Part shown: one piece after another, positions 40,907 through 48,520 of the stretch
Layout of the letters: every line of letters starts with the position of its first letter
Position numbering within the stretch: the stretch's first letter is position 1
DNA from: Candidatus Latescibacterota bacterium
GTDB lineage: Bacteria; Latescibacterota; UBA2968; GCA-2709665
Direction of reading: 5' to 3'
Length of the DNA stretch: 64,000 bases
Assembly: GCA_965222075.1 (NCBI GenBank)
Contig: OZ244937.1
Coordinates: 4,544,001 to 4,608,000 of the forward strand
The notes under the pieces: generated by a model
What the model was told of the DNA's origin: nothing
Database searches by the model: none
What the model saw: only the letters and a program-made list of their open reading frames with translations
Program-made: the position numbers and the translations under genes

Positions 40907-41246
40907 TCCGTTCGTTTTCCAGTTCCAGGATTTTGTCGATCATCACCTCGATGCTCCGGCGTTTTTCCAGGAACCGGACAAAGCGCTCGTATTCTGCAGG
41001 TGAAAAGACCAGGGTTAGAAAGGGCGAGAGAAAGGTGAGAAACTGGCTGCCGATGAAGTTGAACGGGCGGCTTGTTTCCAGGATCATCAGTGCGGGCGTG
41101 GCCATGCGCCGCCCGACCACAAATTTCGCCATTTTCGCAGCCAGCGCCTCTTCTTCCGCATCGAACCGGTCTTCTGGAGGATCGACGGCAAAGGCGTGGG
41201 CGCACCAGGTTTTAAGGCGATGGATGGGGGATGTGGGACTGGACAA
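40899..41246 (-). CDS. Small conserved hypothetical protein
   Basis: HAFAVDPP...PALMILETSRPFNFIGSQ...FLEKRRSIE. TTG at 41246 has GAGG upstream. Overlaps the glmL start. Confidence 0.75.
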   Translation of the reverse strand: MSSPTSPIHRLKTWCAHAFAVDPPEDRFDAEEEALAAKMAKFVVGRRMATPALMILETSRPFNFIGSQFLTFLSPFLTLVFSPAEYERFVRFLEKRRSIEVMIDKILELENERNG

Positions 41247-41682
41247 ACTGTATGACCTCGTCACGGTTTTCTGCGAACCGAAGGAAGCATCCCCGGAACG
41301 AATCGAGCCGATTGGGCCGGTTGAAGGGGCTGAGGAAGATTCCATCGGGATAGATGCGACGCCTGCGGATCTGTGTCCAGGGGATTTTCCGCCGCATACT
41401 CAGATGAGAAATCTGCACGCCTGACGCATCCAATGCATAGCGTGTAAAAAAGAAGTAGCGAGACAGGGAGGCGGTAAGCAGACCAAAGGTTAGAAAGCCG
41501 TAGCCCCCGCTTTCAAAGCTGAGGGTAACAGCAACCGAGAGCCCCAGAATAATGGTGAAGAGCAGGGTCGATTTTGCCGGTGATTCATCCAGGAGGGGGT
41601 GGGCAGACCAGCGGATTTCCGGTGGACATTTCGCCTGAATATCGTTTTTGGAGAACCTGTCTGATTCGATTTCGATGGCCAC
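41212..41682 (-). CDS. Hypothetical membrane protein with PH-like C-terminal domain
   Basis: Two TM segments, then TRYALDASGV...IPW...GIFLSPF...LDSFRG. Confidence 0.7.
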   Translation of the reverse strand: MAIEIESDRFSKNDIQAKCPPEIRWSAHPLLDESPAKSTLLFTIILGLSVAVTLSFESGGYGFLTFGLLTASLSRYFFFTRYALDASGVQISHLSMRRKIPWTQIRRRRIYPDGIFLSPFNRPNRLDSFRGCFLRFAENRDEVIQFVQSHIPHPSP

Positions 41683-41723
41683 CCGTTTTTATCCCCTGGG
41701 ACCCGGTTCGGTGTACGCCAAGG

Positions 41724-42602
41724 TTATGAAATAATCCTGCGGGTAACCCGCAGGTCTTTTTCCCGATCTTTGAAGTTCCAGGCGTCTGTACCGTATTTCT
41801 CGCAGATCAGGCGTTCGGCTTCTGATGCTTCACCCGACGACAGAGGCGCTTCGATGAGGGGGACACCGAGCGTTTCCTGGAATCCGAGGCGGAGCGCACC
41901 GGCGACCTCTTCAAAAGAGATGGGGCAATTCAGGGCCTCCTGCAGGGAGATGGTGTGCCGGTCGAGTTCCCGGCGGAAGCGGGCCTGCAGGGCCTCCTGG
42001 TGTTCGGGAAGCAGGTCGACGATGCGTTTGTGCTCCGGGCCGATGAGGAGGGAGCCGTGCTGGAGCAGCATGTCGCCGAGACGCCGCTGGGCGCTGCCGA
42101 TCAGCTTTTTCCCCTGGAGGGTGACCTCGTATTGCGTGGTGCTCGAAAAACAGGGGGAGGTGAGGTGTTCGCTTCTGGGAGACGGGACGGGCTGCCGGCG
42201 GGGCTCCAGCGCAGCCTCGGCGCCCAGGCGCTGTATTCCCGCCACCAGGCAGGCGCTGATTTTTCGGTAGGCCTCCAGGATCGTGCCCCCCAGCAGGGGA
42301 TTGTTGCCGGGACAGACTACGCTGTAGGTCAGCTCGTTCCAGTGGAGGACGGCCCGTCCCCCACTGGGGCGGCGCACGATGTCGATCCCCTGCGCCCGGC
42401 ACCGGTCGAGGTCGACTTCGCGAGCGACCCGCTGGGCGTAGCCGAAGGAGACGGCAGGGGGCGTCCAACCAAACACCCGGACGGTCGGGAGGGCAACCCC
42501 CCCCTCAACGGCCCGAACCACGGCTTCGTCTACGGCCATATTAAAAAAGGCGTTTCCGAAGTGGGTGTTAAGGAAACGCCACTGATTCGGCTTCTGTTCC
42601 AT
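41724..42602 (-). CDS. Lipoate-protein ligase / octanoyltransferase (LplA/LipM family)
   Basis: NMAVDEA, SFGYAQ, VRRPSGGRAVLH, KKLIGSAQRR, LQHGS. Confidence 0.92.
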   Translation of the reverse strand: MEQKPNQWRFLNTHFGNAFFNMAVDEAVVRAVEGGVALPTVRVFGWTPPAVSFGYAQRVAREVDLDRCRAQGIDIVRRPSGGRAVLHWNELTYSVVCPGNNPLLGGTILEAYRKISACLVAGIQRLGAEAALEPRRQPVPSPRSEHLTSPCFSSTTQYEVTLQGKKLIGSAQRRLGDMLLQHGSLLIGPEHKRIVDLLPEHQEALQARFRRELDRHTISLQEALNCPISFEEVAGALRLGFQETLGVPLIEAPLSSGEASEAERLICEKYGTDAWNFKDREKDLRVTRRIIS

Positions 42603-42608
42603 TACCGT

Positions 42609-43361
42609 CTACGAGATCCCCAACTCTTTCAAGGCCTCTTTGGCCGCCATCTGCTGGGCCTCTTTCTTGCTACGTCCTCGCCCAAGCCCCATCCGATCTC
42701 CTCCGATGACCACCTCGACGGTGAAGACCTTGCGGTGGTCCGGCCCTTCCTCCGAATTCACCAGATACCGGGGGTGACCCTGTCCCTCGCTCTGGGTGTG
42801 TTCTAAAAGGAGGCTTTTAAAGTTCAGATATTCTCCATTGGAGATAATTTCTTTGGCATTGAAGAGGAGGGTGCGCTGTATAAACCTTTCCGCCGCCTTC
42901 AGCCCTCCGTCCATATAAATCGCCCCCAGCAAGGCTTCGAATGCATCTCCAATAATGGAGGTCCGGTCCCGGCCTCCGGCAAGGTCCTCTTCGTTGCTTA
43001 AGTAGAGGTAGTCTCCCAGCCCGAGGTCGCGGCCCTTCTGGGCCAATATCACTTTGCTGACCAGCAGCGATTTGATCTGGGTGAGGTCTCCTTCTCTCTT
43101 CTTCTGGAATCTCCGGTAGAGGTTTTCCGTCACGACCAGGTCGAGGACGGCGTCTCCCAGGAACTCCAGGCGCTCGTTGGATTCGATGCTTTCTTCATCG
43201 ATCGTGTAGACATAGGAACGGTGCTTGAGCGCCTGGGTCAGTAGCGCCGGGTCGGAAAAGATGTATCCCAACTTCTCGTGAAGTTCATCCAGCGGTTTTT
43301 CGTCTTCGCTTGCCGTGGTAAGCCAATGCCCGAGCTTATGGAGTGCTTTTCTTAACCGGAT
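42609..43361 (-). CDS. rnc: Ribonuclease III (start uncertain: ATC at 43361 or TTG at 43271)
   Basis: NERLEFLGDAVL, DAFEALLGAIYMD, dsRBD GPDH...GRSKKEAQQMAA. Confidence 0.93.
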   Translation of the reverse strand: MRLRKALHKLGHWLTTASEDEKPLDELHEKLGYIFSDPALLTQALKHRSYVYTIDEESIESNERLEFLGDAVLDLVVTENLYRRFQKKREGDLTQIKSLLVSKVILAQKGRDLGLGDYLYLSNEEDLAGGRDRTSIIGDAFEALLGAIYMDGGLKAAERFIQRTLLFNAKEIISNGEYLNFKSLLLEHTQSEGQGHPRYLVNSEEGPDHRKVFTVEVVIGGDRMGLGRGRSKKEAQQMAAKEALKELGIS

Positions 43362-43382
43362 GCCTGACTCCTCCTGTCATTT

Positions 43383-44636
43383 CTACGCCCGGTACTTGCG
43401 CATGACAAGGACGGCGTTGTGGCCCCCAAAACCGAAGGAGTTGTTCACGGCCACCTCAACGGGCATTTCCCGGGCCTTGTTGGGCACATAGTCGAGGTCG
43501 CATTCGGGATCGGGGGTTTCGTAATTGATGGTAGGGGGGACCCGGTCCTGGTAGATGGCCAGGATGCTGGCGATTGTCTCGATCGCACCCGAGGCTCCCA
43601 GCAGGTGGCCGGTCATCGACTTAGTGGAACTGACCGCCAGTTTTGCCGCATGCTTTCCAAATACGGTTTTGATGGCTGCGGTTTCGCTTTTGTCGCCAAT
43701 TGGGGTTGAGGTGCCGTGGGCGTTGATGTAGTCGACATCTTCGGGCTGGAGGCCGGCCTGTTTCAAGGCCCTGTGCGTGGCCCGCGCCCCCCCCTCGCCG
43801 CGGGGGGCCATGTCGGCCATGTGATAGGCGTCTCCCGTGTATCCTGCGCCGCCGATTTCCGCATAGATGCGAGCGCCCCGACCCCGTGCGTGTTCCAGTT
43901 CTTCCAGGACCAGCCCCCCCGCGCCCTCACCAAGCACGAAGCCGTCCCGCTGGGCATCGAACGGCCTGCTGGCGCGTTGGGGCTCGTCGTTTTGGGTGGA
44001 GAGCGCCTTCATGGACGCGAAGCCTCCCAGGGACATCGGGCTGACGGCCGCCTCGGCACCGCCAGCGATCATGATGTCGGCCTCATCGTCCCGAATTTCC
44101 CGAAAGGCGTTTCCGATGGCGTGGGCAGCCGAGGAACACGCAGATACGGTCGTGTAGTTGGGGCCTTTTGCGCCCAGTTGGATGGAGACCTGCCCCGAGG
44201 TCATATCGGCGATCATCATTGGAATGAAAAAGGGACTGATCCGGCGCGGCCCTTTCTGCATCAGGGCGGTATGCTGGTCCTCAAAAGTCCAGATCCCCCC
44301 GATGCCCGAGCCGTAGATCACCCCGACCCGATCCGGGTCTTCGGCGGAGAGATCCAGTTTGGCGTCTTCTACGGCCATTTTGGCCGTCACAACGGCGTAC
44401 TGGGTACAGAGGTCGCTTCGACGCGCTTCCCTACGGTCCATGCCGAACCGCTCCGGGTCGAAGCCCTTCAACTCCCCGCCGATTTGGACCCGAAAATCAG
44501 TTGTGTCGAAGCCCTTGATATAGTCGATGCCGCTCTCTCCATTGAGGAGCGCATTCCAATAGGTTTCTGTGGACAGGCCGTTGGGGGCCAGTATCCCCAG
44601 ACCTGTGACTACCACCCGTCGTTTTGCATTGTCCAC
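43383..44636 (-). CDS. fabF: 3-oxoacyl-ACP synthase II
   Basis: RRVVVTGLG, SACSS, NAHGTST, TGHLLGA, NSFGFGGHN. Confidence 0.97.
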   Translation of the reverse strand: MDNAKRRVVVTGLGILAPNGLSTETYWNALLNGESGIDYIKGFDTTDFRVQIGGELKGFDPERFGMDRREARRSDLCTQYAVVTAKMAVEDAKLDLSAEDPDRVGVIYGSGIGGIWTFEDQHTALMQKGPRRISPFFIPMMIADMTSGQVSIQLGAKGPNYTTVSACSSAAHAIGNAFREIRDDEADIMIAGGAEAAVSPMSLGGFASMKALSTQNDEPQRASRPFDAQRDGFVLGEGAGGLVLEELEHARGRGARIYAEIGGAGYTGDAYHMADMAPRGEGGARATHRALKQAGLQPEDVDYINAHGTSTPIGDKSETAAIKTVFGKHAAKLAVSSTKSMTGHLLGASGAIETIASILAIYQDRVPPTINYETPDPECDLDYVPNKAREMPVEVAVNNSFGFGGHNAVLVMRKYRA

Positions 44637-44670
44637 CGGAGATGCCCTCTTATTGGGGGCTCCAGTCCCC

Positions 44671-44913
44671 CTATTCGCCCAGCCGTTTCTTCAAGTAGCC
44701 GATGGCGTCATTGACGGTTTCGAGCTTCTCGGCGTCTTCGTCGGGAATCTCGATGTCGAATTCCTCTTCAAACGCCATCACCAGTTCAACGGTGTCTAAG
44801 GAATCGGCGCCCAGATCGTCGATAAAGTAGGCATCCGGGGTTACGCTATCTGCATCTACACCGAGCTGATCCACAATCAGATCGCTCACTTTCTGCTGAA
44901 TATTCTCGGCCAT
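44671..44913 (-). CDS. acpP: Acyl carrier protein
   Basis: [20 protein letters not shown]. Confidence 0.98.
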   Translation of the reverse strand: MAENIQQKVSDLIVDQLGVDADSVTPDAYFIDDLGADSLDTVELVMAFEEEFDIEIPDEDAEKLETVNDAIGYLKKRLGE

Positions 44914-45004
44914 TTTTTCCTCCTTTAACTGCGGTCAAACGGCAAACGACACACGGCCCTTCTCCACCCCACGCACCACACCCGGCAAACATCAAACGGG
45001 GAAC

Positions 45005-45072
45005 CGACCCATCCACCCTACCCTGAAACCCTGGCTCTGGCTTCGGAGAGGTGATGTGGGGAGACGTTTCAC
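45005..45072 (-). repeat. Dispersed repeat family B, copy 2
   Basis: Reverse complement is 59/68 identical to 35495-35562. Confidence 0.85.
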
Positions 45073-45083
45073 CTTTCACCTGG

Positions 45084-45830
45084 TTACATGACCATGCCAC
45101 CGTCCACCACCAGGACCTGCCCGGTGATATAGGCCGCATCGTCCGATACCAGAAACGCTACTGCCGCTGCGATGTCCTCCGGCTTGCCCGGAATACCCAG
45201 CGGAATCTGTTCGAGGAGTTTGTCTTTGACGTCTTGAGAAAGGTCCTGGGTCATTTCCGTGGGGATGAATCCGGGGGCAACCACATTGGCCGTGATCCCA
45301 CGGCCCGCCAGCTCCCGGGCAACGGTTTTGGTGAGTCCGATGAGTCCGGACTTCGATGCCGTATAGTTGACCTGGCCGGGGTTGCCCATCAGGCCGGTTA
45401 TCGACGAGATGTTGACGATGCGCCCGGTGCGTGCACGCATCATAGCACGCGTGGCTGCTTTGACGCAGAGAAACGCGCCCTTGAGGTTGATATCCAAGAC
45501 CGCGTCCCAGTCTTCCTCTTTCATCCGCATCAACAGGCCATCGCGGACGATCCCTGCGTTGTTGACCAGGATGTCGATCTTTCCCCAGGCGTCCAGGACC
45601 GTTTTGAAGAGGGCCTCCACATCGGTGGGGGTCGAGACATCGGCCTTAAGCCCGAGCGCGCGGCACCCCATCCTCTCGATCTGCTCGGCCACCGACCTGG
45701 CGGCGTCCAGGCTGCGACTGGCACATACGGCCACATCGGCCCCCTCGGCGGCCAGACGGAGCGCAATGGCCTTGCCGATGCCCCGAGAACCACCGGTGAC
45801 AACGGCTGTTCTGTCTTTTAATACGCCCAT
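45084..45830 (-). CDS. fabG: 3-oxoacyl-ACP reductase
   Basis: TGGSRGIG, NNAGIVRD, NYTASK, PGFI, YITGQVLVVDGG; next to acpP. Confidence 0.96.
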   Translation of the reverse strand: MGVLKDRTAVVTGGSRGIGKAIALRLAAEGADVAVCASRSLDAARSVAEQIERMGCRALGLKADVSTPTDVEALFKTVLDAWGKIDILVNNAGIVRDGLLMRMKEEDWDAVLDINLKGAFLCVKAATRAMMRARTGRIVNISSITGLMGNPGQVNYTASKSGLIGLTKTVARELAGRGITANVVAPGFIPTEMTQDLSQDVKDKLLEQIPLGIPGKPEDIAAAVAFLVSDDAAYITGQVLVVDGGMVM

Positions 45831-46813
45831 TTCAGGAGAACGCTGCCCCAGGTATATCCGCCTCCTACGCTCGCCAGGAGAATGTTATCTCTCGGTTTGA
45901 TCCGCCCCTGCTCAACGGCCTCGGAGAGCCCGATGGGGATGGTGCCGGAAGTGGTGTTGGCGTATCGGTCAATGTTGATCAGCACCCTGTCTGCGGGCAA
46001 TTTGAGCCGGTTGACACTGGCGTCGATAATCCGCTTGTTGGCCTGATGGGGCACAAAGAGGGCGATGTCTTCTCCCGTAAGCCCGTTGCGTTCCAGGAGC
46101 TTGACGGATACACCTACCAGGCTGGGGACGGCAAACTTGAAGACCTCCCGCCCCTCCTGATAGATATAGTGCATCTTTTTGTCGACGGTTTCGTGGCTGG
46201 CAGGATGGAGACTTCCCCCCCCGGGTTGGCAGAGATGTTTGCCGCCTGAGCCGTCGATGTGGAAGATAAAATCCTGGATGCCCGATCCATCTTCGGCCGG
46301 TTCCAGGAGCACCGCGCCCGCTCCATCTCCAAACAGGACGCAGGTTTCCCGGTCGGTATAGTCGACGACGGCACTCATCTTATCCGCGCCGATGACGACA
46401 ACCCTTTTATGGGCTCCTGTCTCTACAAATTGACTGCCGACCACGAGGGCGTAGAGAAACCCGGAGCAGGCTGCTGAGAGGTCGAATCCCCAGGCATTTT
46501 TGGCACCCACACTGTCCTGTACCAGGCACGCCGTGGCCGGATACATCATATCGGGCGTTATGGTGGCCACAATAATCAGGTCGATGTCTTTGGCATTTAG
46601 CCCCTTCTGTTCAAGCAGGCTTTCCAGGGCCTGGGCGGCCATATAGGAGGTCCCCAGGCCCTTACCGAGGATGCGCCGTTCTCGGATGCCGGTTCGGGTC
46701 TGGATCCATTCGTCTGAGGTATCGACCATTTTTTCCAGGTCTGCATTGGTCAGCCGTTGCTTGGGAAGATAGCGGGATACTCCGGTAATTGAGACAGAAA
46801 AGGTTTTTTTCAT
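45818..46813 (-). CDS. fabH: 3-oxoacyl-ACP synthase III
   Basis: DTSDEWIQTRTGI, AACSGF, FGDGAGA, PHQANKRI, ANT. Confidence 0.96.
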   Translation of the reverse strand: MKKTFSVSITGVSRYLPKQRLTNADLEKMVDTSDEWIQTRTGIRERRILGKGLGTSYMAAQALESLLEQKGLNAKDIDLIIVATITPDMMYPATACLVQDSVGAKNAWGFDLSAACSGFLYALVVGSQFVETGAHKRVVVIGADKMSAVVDYTDRETCVLFGDGAGAVLLEPAEDGSGIQDFIFHIDGSGGKHLCQPGGGSLHPASHETVDKKMHYIYQEGREVFKFAVPSLVGVSVKLLERNGLTGEDIALFVPHQANKRIIDASVNRLKLPADRVLINIDRYANTTSGTIPIGLSEAVEQGRIKPRDNILLASVGGGYTWGSVLLKWAY

Positions 46814-46914
46814 ACATTACCTGGCGTTTGAAAGGCGCTCTGGGACGCCCACCCTGGTTTTGGGCACAAGCCCGTGTTGGAGCAGGCAGAATCGATGTTC
46901 CACAGATAGGCTCG

Positions 46915-47027
46915 TGGTCATTCTCGCAAGTTCATGTGAAGCTTTCCTGCCTAATTGTCCTTAAGTTGGAAAAAAGTATGTAAACTATAGACTGTGAAAG
47001 CTTCACACATATTTCTGAGAACGACCA
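46915..47027. repeat. Long imperfect inverted repeat between rpmF and fabH
   Basis: Arms 46915-46946 and 46996-47027. Inner 12 bp perfect (tgtgaagctttc/gaaagcttcaca); outer 11 bp with one G-U. Confidence 0.75.
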
Positions 47028-47210
47028 CTAAACGGCTTCGCCTTCCATGGCCTCCCGGCTGTTGTAATGGCCGCAGTTGATACAGACCCGATGCGGCCGA
47101 CGCGGCTGCCCGCAGTTGGGGCACTCGGCAAAAGCAGGCATCGAGAGTTTCCAGTGCGTTCGCCGTTTACCGGTCCTGGAATGGGAGCTTCTTCGTTTCG
47201 GGTTTGCCAT
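47028..47210 (-). CDS. rpmF: 50S ribosomal protein L32
   Basis: MANPKRRSSHSR...CPNCG...HRVCINCGHY. Confidence 0.97.
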   Translation of the reverse strand: MANPKRRSSHSRTGKRRTHWKLSMPAFAECPNCGQPRRPHRVCINCGHYNSREAMEGEAV

Positions 47211-47291
47211 GTTGTTCTCCGAATAGATGTAGCATGGCGCATAGCGTGAAAAACAAAAACCCTATGCGCTATGCTCTGTGCGTTTGACGTT

Positions 47292-47798
47292 TCACGCTTT
47301 CAACGCCCGCAGCGCTTCCCACCGCGGGTCGATGGTTTCGGCTTTACACGTGCACTGTTTGAGGTTCAGGTTTTCTCCGCAGGAAGGACAGAGCCCCGCG
47401 CACGATTCTTTACAAACGGGGCCGATCGGGACCTCGAGGAGAATATAGTCTTTGACCTCTTTTCCCAGATCGATTTTCCCACGTTCGTCATCCAGCCAGA
47501 TGAGCGTCTCGTCCTCATCGCCTCTTAGGGAGGAGGGGCGCCCCTTCTGGAAAATAAATTGGAAGTGAGACGTCAGGCGCAGGTCGAACGGTTCCAGGCA
47601 GCGGACACAGTCTAAGCGGAGGCGGAAGTTTGTATCTCCACTGGTCGAGAGCGAATCGCCCAGCTTAAAGACCGTCATCCGGGTCCTGATGGGGTGTACG
47701 AACCGCAGGTCCGGATCACCGATATGCAGGTCTTCGGGAGCCTCGGCCCATTCGTATTCGTTGGCCCCTTCTTGCAGTTCACGCAGATCGATTTCCAC
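47292..47798 (-). CDS. yceD: DUF177/YceD family protein
   Basis: CVRCL, CKESCAGLCPSCGENLN, DPRWEAL; upstream of rpmF. Confidence 0.93.
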   Translation of the reverse strand: MEIDLRELQEGANEYEWAEAPEDLHIGDPDLRFVHPIRTRMTVFKLGDSLSTSGDTNFRLRLDCVRCLEPFDLRLTSHFQFIFQKGRPSSLRGDEDETLIWLDDERGKIDLGKEVKDYILLEVPIGPVCKESCAGLCPSCGENLNLKQCTCKAETIDPRWEALRALKA

Positions 47799-47812
47799 TG
47801 TATTCGCACTCC

Positions 47813-48220
47813 TTAGAATTCGCCGAAGAAAAAGGCGGTTTCCACTGCTCCATTCTCGGGCGAGTCGGAGGCGTGTACCGCATTTTCCTGCACGTTGCTC
47901 CCAAACGCCTTTCGGATGGTCTCCTCCGCAGCTTCAGCCGGATTGGTGGCGCCTACGACTTCCCGGAGAAAGCGGACGGCGTCTTCCCGTTCGAGTACCA
48001 TAGGCACCGCCGGGCCGGATGTCATAAAATCGAGCAGATCGTTGTAAAAAGGCCGTTCCCGGTGGACCGCATAAAACGCTGCGGCCTGCGCCCGGGTGAG
48101 CCTCATCATCTGCATCTCGACGACTTTAAACCCTTTGTTTTCAACCTGTTTGATAATTTCACCGATAACGTTTCGAGAAACGGCATCCGGTTTGATAATC
48201 ATTAACGTACGTTCTGCCAT
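47813..48220 (-). CDS. ndk: Nucleoside diphosphate kinase
   Basis: ERTLMIIKPDAV, HRERPFY, GATNP, NAVHASDS. Confidence 0.97.
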   Translation of the reverse strand: MAERTLMIIKPDAVSRNVIGEIIKQVENKGFKVVEMQMMRLTRAQAAAFYAVHRERPFYNDLLDFMTSGPAVPMVLEREDAVRFLREVVGATNPAEAAEETIRKAFGSNVQENAVHASDSPENGAVETAFFFGEF

Positions 48221-48290
48221 TTATCCGACCCGGGAAGCAAAAAGATGCAAATGATCAACAGGATGTTGGGCTGTCAGCCTGAAGATGAAA

Positions 48291-48319
48291 AAAATAGAAT
48301 TTCTCAGGGAATTTGTCAA
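48291..48319 (-). promoter_or_regulatory. Sigma70-type promoter for the ndk-fab operon (TTGACA-17-TATTTT)
   Basis: TTGACA at 48319-48314 and TATTTT at 48296-48291. Confidence 0.5.
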
Positions 48320-48370
48320 TACCATTTTTCGACGTCCGTCGCCCCGGGGGAGCCCGTTTTAAGAAAACGG

Positions 48371-48399
48371 TTGACAGGAAGGCGGCCTCACCGTTTAAT
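48371..48399 (+). promoter_or_regulatory. Sigma70-type promoter for the putative ether-lipid operon (TTGACA-17-TTTAAT)
   Basis: TTGACA at 48371-48376, a 17-nt spacer, and TTTAAT at 48394-48399. Confidence 0.65.
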
Positions 48400-48520
48400 T
48401 ATATAGGCTTCGGCTTTGAAAATGTCAACAAAATTATGGAAAAGCAGGCAACGGTCAGCAAAAGTCAAAAAGCCGACGGCCGGCTGTCTGATTAAACTTC
48501 TCTTTCTTTTTCAGGTTCCA

